64,000 nt of DNA from NCBI GenBank assembly GCA_964550125.1, contig CAZJWC010000006.1, forward strand, positions 6,450 through 70,449, written 5' to 3'. Made by a program: the position numbers and the translations under genes. Within the stretch, counting starts at the first letter, position 1. The number at the start of each line of letters is the position of its first letter. The notes below the pieces were generated by a model. It was given only the letters and a program-made list of their open reading frames with translations, searched no databases and was not told where the DNA came from. Below are positions 53,587 to 64,000 of this stretch, piece by piece. The DNA comes from an uncultured Clostridia bacterium (GTDB lineage: Bacteria > Bacillota > Clostridia > Christensenellales > Borkfalkiaceae).

Positions 53587-54066
53587 TATTTTAAAAACTT
53601 GTTTCATTTGATTTATATCATCACTCAAATCGAACTTGAATATTAAAACCTTTCTTTCTCCTCTAATATATAAATCGTTATAGGTGGGTAAATTTTCAAT
53701 TCTTATCAATTTACCCCCACACTTTTCGCAGGTGCGTTTGGAGGGAATATTATTAGGAGCACATGTTATAAACAAATAAGTAAAGCCGTGCAAAACAGCT
53801 AATTTTTTTAGTAAATTTACTGCTCTACCTGCGTAACCGTTTCCCCTATATTCCTTTATCACATTATAACCGATATTACCACCATAGTAAGTTTTTTCGT
53901 TAAAGCCTACCCTAAAATCACAAGTACCTAGTTGTGTCCTACTACCCACTTTACAAATATTGAAGTAGTATGTAGGAACAAAACCTGAACAGTAGTCTGC
54001 CTTGCGTTTTTTATATATTTTTAAAAAGATTTTATCATCTCTTAAAAAACTCGTATTAAAAAACAT
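53584..54066 (-). CDS. GNAT family N-acetyltransferase
   Basis: Motif A EYRGNGYAGRAVNLLKKLA. Confidence 0.75.
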   Translation of the reverse strand: MFFNTSFLRDDKIFLKIYKKRKADYCSGFVPTYYFNICKVGSRTQLGTCDFRVGFNEKTYYGGNIGYNVIKEYRGNGYAGRAVNLLKKLAVLHGFTYLFITCAPNNIPSKRTCEKCGGKLIRIENLPTYNDLYIRGERKVLIFKFDLSDDINQMKQVFKI

Positions 54067-54132
54067 TTTTTCCTCTTATCAAATACCCTTATTAGTTCAT
54101 TTATTATATGCTAAATGTTTTTAAAATGCAAC

Positions 54133-54161
54133 AAAAAAGGCGTAAATATTTACGCCTTTTT
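54133..54161 (-). terminator. intrinsic terminator of the alpha operon
   Basis: GGCGTA / TACGCC stem. T-run on the minus strand immediately after rplQ. Confidence 0.75.
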
Positions 54162-54173
54162 GGTATTTAATTA

Positions 54174-54680
54174 TTAAACTAATTCAATAATAGCAGTTTC
54201 AGCAGCATCACCACGTCTTTCACCTGTTAGGTAAATACGAGTGTAGCCACCCTTTTGTCCCTTTTCTTCTGCTCTTTCAGCATATTTGGGAGCAATTTCA
54301 TTGAATAACTTTTCAATTAGAGGGTGTTTAACATCACTTGTTCTTGCTTTATAAGCAGACTTTGATTCGTTAAACTCTTTCTTTTCTTGTAAGTCATAAA
54401 GTTTAGCCATAACCTGTCTTCTTGCAGCAAGTTTCTTAGGGCCGTCTTTTACAGTAGTAACTGTAATTTCTTTAGACTTTTTATCTTTAATAGTTTTTGA
54501 TACCTCTACTGTATCTGTATAAGTGTTAATAGCCTTAGTAATTATCTTTTCAACATAGGGACGAAGTTCTTTTGCTCTTGCTTGAGTAGTTTCAATTCTT
54601 CCGTTCCACAATAGTTGAGAAGCTTGGTTGCGAAGCATAGCATTTCTTTGCTCGCTAGTTTTACCTAATTTCCTAGCCAT
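54174..54680 (-). CDS. rplQ: 50S ribosomal protein L17 (long form)
   Basis: [19 protein letters not shown]...[25 protein letters not shown]. About 45 extra residues in the middle compared with the E. coli protein. Confidence 0.93.
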   Translation of the reverse strand: MARKLGKTSEQRNAMLRNQASQLLWNGRIETTQARAKELRPYVEKIITKAINTYTDTVEVSKTIKDKKSKEITVTTVKDGPKKLAARRQVMAKLYDLQEKKEFNESKSAYKARTSDVKHPLIEKLFNEIAPKYAERAEEKGQKGGYTRIYLTGERRGDAAETAIIELV

Positions 54681-54683
54681 TGA

Positions 54684-55637
54684 TTAATCCTCCTTTTTGT
54701 CTAATGAAAGACCGTATGATTCCAATTTTTGAATAACCTCGTCTAACGACTTTCTACCAAGGTTACGAACTTTTAACATATCGTCCTCACTCTTTTTAGT
54801 CAAGTCTTCAACGGTGTGAATATTTGCACGCTTTAAGCAGTTGTATGAACGGACAGATAAATCCATATCTTCAATAGCCATCGCAAGCACTTGTTGATGT
54901 TTATCATCTTCATTTTTAACAAGGATATCCATTCCCTTAATGCTATCACTTAAATTTACGAATAAACCGATATGGTCTAGCATAATCTTTGCAGCCAAGG
55001 AAACGATTTCCTTACCTGAAAATGTTCCGTCAGTCCATACTTCAACGATAAGTTTATCCGAGTCAATTGATTGTCCGTGACGCACTGTTTCAACGTTATA
55101 GTTTACCTTTTTAACGGGTGTATATATTGAATCAATGGGGATATAATCAATCAATCCTGTTTTGTTATTATCAGCACCCTTATAACCTCTACCTCTACCA
55201 ACGTATACGTCCAAATCTAACTTTCCGTCAGCATCTAGTGTACAGATATATTGGTCTTTATTGATAATTTCAACCTCTGCATCAGGTTCAAAGTCAGCAG
55301 CTGTTACTACGCAAGGTCCTTGTTTTTCAAGACGAATAACCTTCTTGAAATCTTTATCAGTTGTCGCAGTTGTGATTGCCAATGACTTTAAGTTCAAAAT
55401 TATTTCAGCAACATCTTCCTTTACACCTTTAACTGCTGTAAATTCATGTTTTACTGAACCGTCATTAAACTTAATTCCTTGAACGGCTGCACCAGGCAAA
55501 GAGGATAAAAGTATTCTTCTTAAGCAATTGCCAATGGTAAGTCCAAAGCCTTTTTCTAGTGGTTCGCAAACTACTTTAGCATAACTTCTATCTTCGTTTT
55601 CTTCCACCTCAATTTTAGGCATATCCATTTCTATCAT
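54684..55637 (-). CDS. rpoA: DNA-directed RNA polymerase subunit alpha
   Basis: GFGLTIGNCLRRILLSSLPGAAV and C-terminal domain DLSVRSYNCLKRANIHTVEDL. Confidence 0.96.
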   Translation of the reverse strand: MIEMDMPKIEVEENEDRSYAKVVCEPLEKGFGLTIGNCLRRILLSSLPGAAVQGIKFNDGSVKHEFTAVKGVKEDVAEIILNLKSLAITTATTDKDFKKVIRLEKQGPCVVTAADFEPDAEVEIINKDQYICTLDADGKLDLDVYVGRGRGYKGADNNKTGLIDYIPIDSIYTPVKKVNYNVETVRHGQSIDSDKLIVEVWTDGTFSGKEIVSLAAKIMLDHIGLFVNLSDSIKGMDILVKNEDDKHQQVLAMAIEDMDLSVRSYNCLKRANIHTVEDLTKKSEDDMLKVRNLGRKSLDEVIQKLESYGLSLDKKED

Positions 55638-55663
55638 AAGAATTTACCTCCTTTTACACTCTA

Positions 55664-56287
55664 TTATTTAGAGTACAATTCGACAATCATATGTTCAGCG
55701 ATTTGACTGTCAATATCTTCCCTTTGAGGAAGTGCTAAAATCTTTCCTTCTAACTTTTCAGGGTTGAATTCTAACCACTTGGGCATAGTTCCAACCTTCA
55801 TAGTTTTGATTTGCTCAAAGTAGGCAATATTCTTTCTTGTTTCTTTAACTGCAATAACATCGCCTGCCTTGATAATCAATGAGGGAATATTGCAATTTCT
55901 ACCATTTACAGTGAAATGAGCATGGTTTACAAGTTGGCGTGCTTGGTTACGACTTACAGCAATACCCATCCTGTAAATAACATTATCTAGTCTTCTTTCC
56001 AATAAAGTAAGCATATTTTCACCGGTGATACCTTTCATTCTATCAGCCATTTCATAGTACTTTCTAAATTGACCTTCTTGTACACCATAAATTCTCTTTG
56101 TCTTTTGCTTTTCACGTAATTGTAGTCCGTATTCAGAAATTTTCTTTCTGCCAGCACCATGCTGTCCGGGAACAGTTGCTCTTCTATCAAAAGCACATTT
56201 TCCAGTATAACATCTATCGCCTTTCAAGAAAAGTTTTTGACCTTCTCTTCTACAAAGACGGCATTTTGCATCTCTATATGTTGCCAT
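55664..56287 (-). CDS. rpsD: 30S ribosomal protein S4
   Basis: [18 protein letters not shown] and the S4 domain [10 protein letters not shown]. Confidence 0.96.
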   Translation of the reverse strand: MATYRDAKCRLCRREGQKLFLKGDRCYTGKCAFDRRATVPGQHGAGRKKISEYGLQLREKQKTKRIYGVQEGQFRKYYEMADRMKGITGENMLTLLERRLDNVIYRMGIAVSRNQARQLVNHAHFTVNGRNCNIPSLIIKAGDVIAVKETRKNIAYFEQIKTMKVGTMPKWLEFNPEKLEGKILALPQREDIDSQIAEHMIVELYSK

Positions 56288-56306
56288 TTATCTTACTCTC
56301 CTTTTA

Positions 56307-56711
56307 TTATACTCTACGACGCTTGGGAGGTCTGCATCCATTATGAGGGATAGGTGATACATCAGTAATCATTGTTACTTCAATATCACAGTTCGCTAAT
56401 GCACGGATAGCAGATTCTCTACCAGAACCAGGACCTTTAACGAACACTTCAACACTTCTTAAACCGTGTTCTTTTGCTGCTCTTGCAGCAGTTTCTGAAG
56501 CTTGTTGCGCTGCGAAAGGAGTACTTTTTCTTGAGCCTTTAAAACCAAGGCTACCAGCACTTGACCAACTAATTACGTTACCGTTCATATCAGTAATTGT
56601 AACTAATGTGTTGTTGAAAGAGGACTGAATGTGAACTTGGCCTTTATCAACTTTCTTTAATTCTTTACGTCTTTTTGTTGCAGTCTTTTTTGCTGCAGAT
56701 TCATTTGCCAT
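56307..56711 (-). CDS. rpsK: 30S ribosomal protein S11
   Basis: [15 protein letters not shown]...[14 protein letters not shown]...[18 protein letters not shown]. Confidence 0.97.
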   Translation of the reverse strand: MANESAAKKTATKRRKELKKVDKGQVHIQSSFNNTLVTITDMNGNVISWSSAGSLGFKGSRKSTPFAAQQASETAARAAKEHGLRSVEVFVKGPGSGRESAIRALANCDIEVTMITDVSPIPHNGCRPPKRRRV

Positions 56712-56732
56712 ATTTAGTTACCTCCTTCTCGA

Positions 56733-57104
56733 TTATACGCCTTTCTTCTTGGCTACTGTACGACGAGGACCTTTTCTTGTTCTCGCATTTCTCTTAGTAG
56801 ATTGACCTCTTACAGGTAAACCTTTTCTATGACGGATACCTCTGTATGAAGCAATTTCCATCATTCTCTTGATGTTAAGGCTTACTTCCGAACGAAGTTC
56901 ACCTTCAACAGTAATATTTTTGTCGATATATTCTCTTAATTTTGATACATCGTTTTCATCTAAATCTTTAACTCTTGTGTCAGGGTTGATGCCTGTTTCC
57001 GCAAGAATCTTTTTTGAAGTAGTTAAACCGATACCATAAATATAGGTAAGACCGATTTCTACACGCTTTTCTCTGGGTAAATCCACACCGGCAATACGCG
57101 CCAT
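56733..57104 (-). CDS. rpsM: 30S ribosomal protein S13
   Basis: [26 protein letters not shown]. Confidence 0.97.
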   Translation of the reverse strand: MARIAGVDLPREKRVEIGLTYIYGIGLTTSKKILAETGINPDTRVKDLDENDVSKLREYIDKNITVEGELRSEVSLNIKRMMEIASYRGIRHRKGLPVRGQSTKRNARTRKGPRRTVAKKKGV

Positions 57105-57215
57105 TGATTTTCAACCTCCGTTTTATAAATTTAATAAATTAGAAATTTTATATAAATTCGCATAGAGTAGAAAAAGTGGAAAATTTTGATACTCTACTTG
57201 ACATTATTTTTAAAA

Positions 57216-57332
57216 TTAACCTTGTCTTTGTTTGTGGTTTTTATTCTTTGAGCAAATAACCATTATTTTACCGTTTCTTTTAATTACCTTGCATTTATCA
57301 CACATAGGTTTAACTGATGGTCTAACTTTCAT
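57216..57332 (-). CDS. rpmJ: 50S ribosomal protein L36
   Basis: Not in the ORF track because it is 38 aa. The minus strand encodes [43 protein letters not shown] lies upstream. Confidence 0.95.
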   Translation of the reverse strand: MKVRPSVKPMCDKCKVIKRNGKIMVICSKNKNHKQRQG

Positions 57333-57423
57333 TGTTTCATCCTCCTGAAAATTTATGTTCGCTTGTCTATATTGCGAGAAATCTTGTGTTCGTATATAGT
57401 TGCATTTTTAATTTGACGCTTTA

Positions 57424-57645
57424 TTAACCTTTACTACGCCAAGTGATACGACCTTTAGTCAAATCGTAAGGACTCATTTCAAGTTTAACTACATCGCCTT
57501 CAAGAATTCTTATATTATTTATTCTTAATTTGCCTGAAATGTAAGCAGTAATTACGTGACCATTGGAAAGTTCAATTTTAAATGTTGCGTTTGGAAGAGC
57601 CTCAATAACTTTTCCTTCTGCTTCAATTACATCGTCTTTGGACAC
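57424..57645 (-). CDS. infA: translation initiation factor IF-1
   Basis: [28 protein letters not shown]...ITWR. GTG start preceded by GGAGG. Confidence 0.96.
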   Translation of the reverse strand: MSKDDVIEAEGKVIEALPNATFKIELSNGHVITAYISGKLRINNIRILEGDVVKLEMSPYDLTKGRITWRSKG

Positions 57646-57684
57646 AATTATTCCTCCAATTTTTTTTGCAAGTTAACGCTTGCT

Positions 57685-57975
57685 CTATTTTATTTCAATT
57701 TCGCCATTGTTGTATGGCTTTAATGCTGAATATATTTCACTATCAAATAGTTGTTTTGATGCGTTAATCTTTTCAGCAATGCTTTCAAATACTATATGAT
57801 ATAAACGTACATGTTTTAATTTTTTAAGTTTTGGCTTTTCAAGTCTTCTATAATTTCCGTCAACAATATAAATCGTATTGTCCAAATTAACTTTATAAAC
57901 TATAAAATATACGTCTTTATCTCTACCCATTAAGCTTTTACATAAAGCCCCAACAACAGGTTTTTCAACTTTCAT
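57685..57975 (-). CDS. KOW-domain RNA-binding protein (map-infA spacer gene of Clostridia)
   Basis: 96 aa with GALCKSLMGRDKDVYFIV (KOW-like). Conserved position between map and infA. Confidence 0.7.
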   Translation of the reverse strand: MKVEKPVVGALCKSLMGRDKDVYFIVYKVNLDNTIYIVDGNYRRLEKPKLKKLKHVRLYHIVFESIAEKINASKQLFDSEIYSALKPYNNGEIEIK

Positions 57976-57999
57976 ACTTATACCTTCAATAGTTTGTTT

Positions 58000-58746
58000 T
58001 TAAAGCGTTAAAACTTCAACGCCATCTTCAGTAATGAGAACAGTATTTTCATAGTGTGCAGAAGGCTTTCTATCTTTAGTTACGACCGTCCAGCCGTCTT
58101 TATCAACCTCTACGTCCTTCACGCCCATATTTATCATTGGTTCAATTGCCAAAGTCATACCAGCCTTAAGTCTTATGCCTGTCCCCATCTTCCCATAGTT
58201 TGGAACATTGGGGTCTTCGTGCATTTCTCTGCCGATACCATGTCCTACAAGCACTCTTACCACCGAATAGCCATTGCTTTCAGCGTGTTGCTGTATTTTT
58301 GCACCGATATCGTAAAGTGGAGTTCCTTGTCTTACATTTTCAATTCCTTTGAAAAAGCACTCCTCAGTTACCTTTACGAGTCTTTTCTTTTCCTCGTCAA
58401 CATCTCCTATCAAAAATGTTCTTGTTGCATCTCCATGGTAACCGTTTTTGTTGACTACTATATCAACACTAACTATATCACCATCTTTGATTATAACATC
58501 TTCGTTAGGAATTCCGTGAACGACTTGTTCATTGATTGAAATGCAAATGCTGTTGGGATAACCCTCATAGCCTAAACAAGAAGGTTCAGCCCCACACGAC
58601 AAAATGTAATCGTAAGCCAATTTATCAACTTCAAGCGTTGTCATACCTGCTTTTATTCTCGTGCGAATAAACTCAAGGGTATCTCTTACGATTTTGCAAG
58701 GCTCTCTCATCAATTCAATTTCTTTGGGTGTTTTAATATGAATCAT
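58000..58746 (-). CDS. map: type I methionine aminopeptidase
   Basis: VVHGIP, DIVSVDI, GYHGD, GHGIGREMHE and EPMI metal-ligand motifs. Confidence 0.96.
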   Translation of the reverse strand: MIHIKTPKEIELMREPCKIVRDTLEFIRTRIKAGMTTLEVDKLAYDYILSCGAEPSCLGYEGYPNSICISINEQVVHGIPNEDVIIKDGDIVSVDIVVNKNGYHGDATRTFLIGDVDEEKKRLVKVTEECFFKGIENVRQGTPLYDIGAKIQQHAESNGYSVVRVLVGHGIGREMHEDPNVPNYGKMGTGIRLKAGMTLAIEPMINMGVKDVEVDKDGWTVVTKDRKPSAHYENTVLITEDGVEVLTL

Positions 58747-59369
58747 AGTTTGTTTAGTTCTTTTTGAATATTTTCAAAAACTTTATCTATTTCACCTACA
58801 CCGTCTATATTGATTATTACACCTTTTTTTGTGTAGTAGTCAATTAAGGGTTCAGTTTGTTCGCTATATACTGACAACCTTGAAGAAACAGTATCTTCGT
58901 TATCGTCCTTTCTTTGAATTAACTCGCCACCACAAAGGTTACAAGTTGTTTTTCCGTTTAAAAAATCAATATGAAAACTTTCTCCACACTTGCCACAAAC
59001 ACGTCTACCACAAAGTCTTGCCATTAGCAACGACAAATCTACATTTATGTTTATAACTGCATCGACCTTTGAAAATTTATCTAAAAGTTCGGCTTGTGCG
59101 ACATTTCTAGGAAAACCGTCTAGCAAATATCCATTTTCACAGTCCTTTTCGCAAAGTCTGTTTTTTACGATATCGCAAGTAACCTCATCAGGTACTAACT
59201 TGCCAGCATCAATATACGATTTAGCAAGCATACCAATTTCGGTTTGGTTTTTAATGTTTTCACGAAATATATCTCCCGTTGAAATATGAGGAAGTTTATA
59301 CTCATTAGAAATTTTGGTTGCCTGAGTGCCTTTGCCTGCACCAGGAGCACCTAAAAGTATTATATTCAT
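58743..59369 (-). CDS. adk: adenylate kinase (Zn-lid type)
   Basis: P-loop GAPGAGKGTQ. Lid CGKCGESFH...CNLCGGEL. Confidence 0.96.
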   Translation of the reverse strand: MNIILLGAPGAGKGTQATKISNEYKLPHISTGDIFRENIKNQTEIGMLAKSYIDAGKLVPDEVTCDIVKNRLCEKDCENGYLLDGFPRNVAQAELLDKFSKVDAVININVDLSLLMARLCGRRVCGKCGESFHIDFLNGKTTCNLCGGELIQRKDDNEDTVSSRLSVYSEQTEPLIDYYTKKGVIINIDGVGEIDKVFENIQKELNKL

Positions 59370-59443
59370 AATAACCTTCTATTTAAATCATTTAGTTTAT
59401 CCAGTTGTTGCATGCAAGCATACAACAACTAGTTAACTTTATC

Positions 59444-60760
59444 TTATTTTAAGAATCCCTTATAATTTCTCATCATCAATTGTGATTCAAGTTGTTTATT
59501 AAATTCAAGGGCAACCGATACAATAATTAGTAGACCTGTTGCAGAGAATACTGAAACTAATTGTGATGATGAACCTAATACCAACGCAAATATAAGCGAA
59601 GGAAGGAAGGCTACTAATGCTAAATAAATAGCACCAAATAAAGTAATTCTGTTTGAAATCTTCTTTAAGTAATCTGCCGTGGGTTTACCAGGACGAATAC
59701 CTTGAATAAATCCACCGTTGCTTTGGATATTTTTTGAAATATCTTCAGGATTGAAAGATATTTGAGCATAGAAGAACGAGAAACCGAAAATCAATAAACT
59801 CAATACCAAAACATAAGCCCAAGTACCTTGACTAAAGTTTGTAGACCACCATGTTGATGCACTACTGTTTGGCCAGAACAAGTTCATAATCATACCAGGG
59901 AAACTGATGATTGCATAAGCAAAGATTAAAGGCATTACGCCTCCAGCAGAAATTTTGATGGGAATCACTGAAGATTGACCACCGTACATCTTTCTACCTT
60001 TAACTTGTTTAGCATATTGAACGGGAACTCTCCTTTCAGCCAAATCAACAAGCACGATTAAAGCAAAGATAACTACTGCTAAAGCAATAAATCCTATTAC
60101 TTCATACAAGCCTGACATATCTGTTGAAGTAATACCACTCAATACTTCAATGATTGTGCTACCAGCAGTTGAAATTAAACCAACAAAGATGATTAGCGAA
60201 ATACCATTACCGATACCATAATCAGTAATTCTATCACCAAACCACATTGTGATACAAGCACCTGCAGTAAACACAATAGTAATTACAACATAAGCAAGCC
60301 AAGTTTGGTTAAAGAAGAAGTTTAATCTTAAAGCGCTATCCCCTGCTTCTGTTTGAGTATTTTGGAAAATAGCAACTGTACCGATTGATTGAACTATAGC
60401 AAGAATAACCATAATTACTTTTGTAATGTTACTGATTTTCTTCTTGCCTTCTTCACCTTGTTTAGACAAAGCCTCAAGGCTAGGTATACCAACACACAAT
60501 AATTGAACGATAATTGATGCGTTAATATAAGGGCTTATACCCAAAGCGAAAATTGTTCCGTTTTCCAACGACTGTCCCGTAATGCTGTTTAATAACGCAA
60601 AAAAGTCGTTACCTTCAAGTATACTTGAAATGGCTATGGGATTCAATCCAGGAACGGGTATAAAACAACACAACCTAAAAGCCAACAAAATCAAAAGTGT
60701 TATTATTAACTTTTTTCTAATTTCAGGGACTTTAAAGGCATTTTTAAATGTTTCAAACAT
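59444..60760 (-). CDS. secY: preprotein translocase subunit SecY
   Basis: 438 aa with 10 TM segments. GISPYINASIIVQLL motif. Confidence 0.96.
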   Translation of the reverse strand: MFETFKNAFKVPEIRKKLIITLLILLAFRLCCFIPVPGLNPIAISSILEGNDFFALLNSITGQSLENGTIFALGISPYINASIIVQLLCVGIPSLEALSKQGEEGKKKISNITKVIMVILAIVQSIGTVAIFQNTQTEAGDSALRLNFFFNQTWLAYVVITIVFTAGACITMWFGDRITDYGIGNGISLIIFVGLISTAGSTIIEVLSGITSTDMSGLYEVIGFIALAVVIFALIVLVDLAERRVPVQYAKQVKGRKMYGGQSSVIPIKISAGGVMPLIFAYAIISFPGMIMNLFWPNSSASTWWSTNFSQGTWAYVLVLSLLIFGFSFFYAQISFNPEDISKNIQSNGGFIQGIRPGKPTADYLKKISNRITLFGAIYLALVAFLPSLIFALVLGSSSQLVSVFSATGLLIIVSVALEFNKQLESQLMMRNYKGFLK

Positions 60761-60793
60761 CTTAACCTCTCATTTTCGTGCAGATAGTAGAAA

Positions 60794-61243
60794 TTATAAA
60801 ATTTCTACTTTTCCGCCCGCCTTTTCAATAGCAGTTTTTGCTGATTCAGTAAACTTTGCTGCTTTGATAGTCAATGCAACTTTTAATTCGCCTGAACCTA
60901 ATACTTTAAGACCAGCATTGTCCTTAACTGACTTTGCCAAGCCATTTGTCATAACGTAATCATAGTCAACAACTGTTCCTGCAGGAACGTTATTAAGTTG
61001 ACCTAAATTAACAATAACATATTCCTTTCTAAAGTTTGCATTATTGAAACCTCTTTTAGGAATTCTTCTGTGTAAAGGCATTTGACCACCTTCAAATCCA
61101 GGACGAACGCCACCACCACTTCTAGCCCATTGACCTTTATGGCCTTTGCCTGATGTTTTACCTAGACCTGAACCAATACCTCTACCAAGTCTTTTAGAAG
61201 AAGTCTTTGCACCCTCTGCGGGTTGAATAGTATCTATTCTCAT
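60794..61243 (-). CDS. rplO: 50S ribosomal protein L15
   Basis: GRGIGSGLGKTSGKGHKGQ. Confidence 0.96.
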   Translation of the reverse strand: MRIDTIQPAEGAKTSSKRLGRGIGSGLGKTSGKGHKGQWARSGGGVRPGFEGGQMPLHRRIPKRGFNNANFRKEYVIVNLGQLNNVPAGTVVDYDYVMTNGLAKSVKDNAGLKVLGSGELKVALTIKAAKFTESAKTAIEKAGGKVEIL

Positions 61244-61440
61244 TTCGTTGCTCCTCCTTTCTTAACAGGTTCTACTTTGATTAAGTGATTCACTTTGGCA
61301 ATCATACCATTGATTGTTGCACAATCTTCGTGAATTTTTTCATCTCTTATTTTCTTTAAACCTAATGCTGCAACTGTTGCCTTTTGGCTTTCAGTTGAAC
61401 CAATAGTGCTTTTTACTAATGTAACTTTAATTTTAGCCAT
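61240..61440 (-). CDS. rpmD: 50S ribosomal protein L30
   Basis: KVTLVKSTIGSTESQKATVAALGLKK. ATGA overlap with rplO. Confidence 0.9.
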   Translation of the reverse strand: MAKIKVTLVKSTIGSTESQKATVAALGLKKIRDEKIHEDCATINGMIAKVNHLIKVEPVKKGGATK

Positions 61441-61450
61441 TTTAATCCTC

Positions 61451-61972
61451 CTAGCCTAAAATTTCAGTAACGCTCTTACCACGAACTGCGGCAATTTGCT
61501 CTGCTGTTTTAAGCTCATCAAGACCAGCAATAACTGCCTTAACCATATTGATAGGATTTGTAGTACCATGAGATTTTGTTCTAATATCCTTGATACCTGC
61601 GGCTTCCATAACCAAACGAACGGGACCACCAGCGATAACACCAGTACCTTTTGAAGCAGGAATCATAAGTACAGAACCTCTGCCAAACTTACCTACTACT
61701 TCATGAGGGATACTTGTTTCAAGCATGTTAATTTTGTGCATATTTCTCTTTGCTTGAGCAGTTGCCTTGTCGATTGCTTCGGGAACTTCTGCTGCCTTAC
61801 CAATACCACAGCCTACTGAACCTTTTCCGTCTCCAATTACTACCAACGCTGCAAAACGCATATTTCTACCGCCTTTTACAACCTTTGTTACTCTATTTAC
61901 TTGAATTAGTTTTTTGATGAGACCGTCGTTTTCTTCTTGTCTTCTTTGAGGTCTATTGTTTTCTTTTTCCAT
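61451..61972 (-). CDS. rpsE: 30S ribosomal protein S5
   Basis: [30 protein letters not shown] at 61972 is 9 nt from GGAG. Confidence 0.95.
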   Translation of the reverse strand: MEKENNRPQRRQEENDGLIKKLIQVNRVTKVVKGGRNMRFAALVVIGDGKGSVGCGIGKAAEVPEAIDKATAQAKRNMHKINMLETSIPHEVVGKFGRGSVLMIPASKGTGVIAGGPVRLVMEAAGIKDIRTKSHGTTNPINMVKAVIAGLDELKTAEQIAAVRGKSVTEILG

Positions 61973-61987
61973 TATCAATATCTCCTT

Positions 61988-62356
61988 TTAGAAATTAAGA
62001 CCAGCGTCTCTTGCGCCGTCTGCAACACTCTTTACACGGCCTGTGTAAATGTATCCGCCTCTATCAAAAACAACTGATTTAATGCCTTTATCTAGAGCCT
62101 TTTTAGCAACTGTTTCGCCAACTAATTTAGCGGCTTCAGATTTAGTTAAAGATGCAACTTTGTCCTTAACACCCTTTTCCATTGTAGATGCTGAAACCAA
62201 TGTTACGCCTTTAACATCATCAATAACTTGGGCGTAGATGTGGTTCAAACTTCTATAAACACAAAGTCTAGGTCTGTCAGCAGTGCCTGAAATCTTTTTT
62301 CTTACTCTAGCGTGTCTTTTAACTCTATCTTCATTTTTATCAATTTTAGAAATCAT
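61988..62356 (-). CDS. rplR: 50S ribosomal protein L18
   Basis: [34 protein letters not shown]. Confidence 0.96.
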   Translation of the reverse strand: MISKIDKNEDRVKRHARVRKKISGTADRPRLCVYRSLNHIYAQVIDDVKGVTLVSASTMEKGVKDKVASLTKSEAAKLVGETVAKKALDKGIKSVVFDRGGYIYTGRVKSVADGARDAGLNF

Positions 62357-62367
62357 ATCAACGCTCC

Positions 62368-62907
62368 TTATTTACCAGCAGTCTTGCCTTCTTTACGCTC
62401 GATTACTTCATCTGAATAATGAATACCATAACCGTGGTAAGGTTCAGGCTTTCTTGCTGAACGAATTTTAGCAGCCATCAAACCAACTTCAACCTTGTCA
62501 ATACCTGAAACTGTAACTTCAGTAATTGTAGGTGCGTCCAATTTGATTGTGTCTGTATCTGTAAACTCTACAGTGTGGCTTAAACCAAGGTTCATAACTA
62601 ACTTGTTACCTTGCTTTTGAGCCTTATAACCTACGCCACAGATAACCAAAGTCTTTTTAAATCCTTCAGTTACACCTGTAACCATATTTTGTAATAATGC
62701 TCTGTAAAGTCCATGTTTTGCTCTTACTTCTGCAACATCTGAACTTCTTGTTAGAGTTGCTTGTCCGTTTTCGATTGAAATTGTGATTGATGAATCAACG
62801 GGTTGAGTTAAAGTTCCTTTAGGTCCTTTAACTGTCATTACGTTATCTTTAACTTCTACCGTAACTCCTGCAGGGATAACTACAGGTAACTTACCTATTC
62901 TTGACAT
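62368..62907 (-). CDS. rplF: 50S ribosomal protein L6
   Basis: [19 protein letters not shown]...GVGYKA. Confidence 0.96.
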   Translation of the reverse strand: MSRIGKLPVVIPAGVTVEVKDNVMTVKGPKGTLTQPVDSSITISIENGQATLTRSSDVAEVRAKHGLYRALLQNMVTGVTEGFKKTLVICGVGYKAQKQGNKLVMNLGLSHTVEFTDTDTIKLDAPTITEVTVSGIDKVEVGLMAAKIRSARKPEPYHGYGIHYSDEVIERKEGKTAGK

Positions 62908-62920
62908 AAATTACCTCCTA

Positions 62921-63313
62921 TTACCAGATTGCGCAAAGCACTTCACCGCCAACGCCGGCTTGTCTTGCTTGCTTATCTGTCATAATTCCCTTGGAAGTAG
63001 ATACTATTGCAATACCTAGACCGCCAAGTACTTTGGGTAAATCTGCTGTTGATGCGTAATTTCTTAATCCAGGTTTAGAAATTCTCTTTAAACCAGAGAT
63101 AACTGACTTTTTATCAACATACTTCAATGTGATATTGATTTTTCCGTTTAAACCATCTTCTATAATCTTTACATCATTTACATAACCTTCAGAAAGCAAT
63201 ACGTTTGCGATTGACTTTTTGATGTTAGATGCAGGGATTTCCACTTGTTCGTGATTTGATTTTATTGCATTTCTAATGCGAGTTAGCATATCTGCTATAG
63301 GGTCTGTCATAAT
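62921..63313 (-). CDS. rpsH: 30S ribosomal protein S8
   Basis: [18 protein letters not shown] at 63313 follows GAGGAGG. Confidence 0.95.
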   Translation of the reverse strand: MMTDPIADMLTRIRNAIKSNHEQVEIPASNIKKSIANVLLSEGYVNDVKIIEDGLNGKINITLKYVDKKSVISGLKRISKPGLRNYASTADLPKVLGGLGIAIVSTSKGIMTDKQARQAGVGGEVLCAIW

Positions 63314-63323
63314 ATACCTCCTC

Positions 63324-63509
63324 TTACCAACTAGCCTTTTTAACGCCGGGGATTTCACCCTTGTACGCTAAATTTCTAAAACAAATACGGCAGATGCCAT
63401 ACTTACGAAGCACTGAGTGAGGTCTTCCACAAATAGAACACCTTGTGTATGCTCTTGTGGAAAATTTAGGCGCTCTTTGTTGTTTTATAATCATTGATTT
63501 TTTTGCCAT
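63324..63509 (-). CDS. rpsN: 30S ribosomal protein S14, zinc-binding type Z
   Basis: 61 aa with the [20 protein letters not shown] motif. Confidence 0.96.
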   Translation of the reverse strand: MAKKSMIIKQQRAPKFSTRAYTRCSICGRPHSVLRKYGICRICFRNLAYKGEIPGVKKASW

Positions 63510-63520
63510 GATAATTCTCC

Positions 63521-64000
63521 TTATTTAGCCGCGAAAGGCATTCCCATCGCTCTAAGAAGCTCTCTTGCTTCTTCATCAGTTTTAGCAGTTGTTACGAAAC
63601 AAATATCATAACCTCTGATTTTTTCTACTTGGTCGTAAGAAATTTCAGGGAAGATTAATTGTTCTTTAACGCCTAGTGCGTAGTTACCTCTACCGTCAAA
63701 TGAATTAAGACTTACACCTCTAAAATCTCTAACTCTAGGAAGTGCGATTGATACGAATTTATCAAAGAAATCGTACATTTGTTTTTGACGTAGAGTTACT
63801 TTTAAACCGATATTCATCCCTTGTCTAATCTTGAAGTTTGCAACTGCCTTCTTTGCTTGAGTAAATACGGGCTTTTGACCAGCGATTAACTTCAATTCAT
63901 CATGAGCGATTTGCATACTCTTTGCGTTATCTTTAATATCGCCAAGACCAGCATTGATTACGATTTTAACCAACTTGGGAACTTCGTTTATGTTACTGTA
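63521..64000 (-). CDS. rplE: 50S ribosomal protein L5 (5' end beyond window edge)
   Basis: The frame stays open to position 64000 (..[21 protein letters not shown]..). The ORF-track M at 63973 is an internal TTG/Leu. Confidence 0.93.
   Translation of the reverse strand, partial: YSNINEVPKLVKIVINAGLGDIKDNAKSMQIAHDELKLIAGQKPVFTQAKKAVANFKIRQGMNIGLKVTLRQKQMYDFFDKFVSIALPRVRDFRGVSLNSFDGRGNYALGVKEQLIFPEISYDQVEKIRGYDICFVTTAKTDEEARELLRAMGMPFAAK

Overview
AT-rich, tightly packed chromosomal segment from a low-GC Firmicute. Gene order is Clostridia-like and the standard bacterial code applies. I call about 77 protein genes and 4 tRNAs. I see no rRNA, CRISPR array, transposase or integrase. Most of the window is housekeeping: rplU-rpmA; a spoIVFA/spoIVFB-like pair followed by two linked radical-SAM genes and rng; spmAB-like genes; metG-tatD-rSAM-rsmA; iscR-nifS-nifU; queH; addAB; tilS-hpt; yggS-sepF; cca; rpsF-ssb-rpsR; radC-gltX; and the distal spc/alpha ribosomal operon from rplE (cut by the right edge) to rplQ, including an rpmJ gene too short for the ORF track. 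The only clearly accessory segment is a 2.5 kb type II restriction-modification module at 35.6-38.1 kb. It holds a C5 cytosine methyltransferase and a PD-(D/E)xK nuclease candidate, directly downstream of a tRNA-fMet/Met/Glu cluster, and the two genes have separate promoters with a terminator between them. The most interesting unexplained signals are non-coding. (1) A tandemly duplicated ~80-nt hairpin+SD+mini-ORF element at 8.97-9.27 kb, in which every stem substitution is compensatory. (2) A ~770-nt gene-free stretch at 14.8-15.6 kb with three minus-strand terminators, a promoter/terminator-bounded ~110-nt sRNA candidate and a 13-bp stem that only pairs fully as minus-strand RNA. Other points: L27 keeps a propeptide but prp is missing from rplU-rpmA; tRNA-Gln appears fused transcriptionally to an adenylate-forming enzyme plus GNAT pair; a GT8 / PlsC-type / CrtO-type acyltransferase operon has no carotenoid genes nearby; yggS and cca look leaderless; and a radC-gltX-HK-RR-GNAT-DUF819 gene string is very tightly spaced. 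Family names are from motif recognition by eye. No database search was run.
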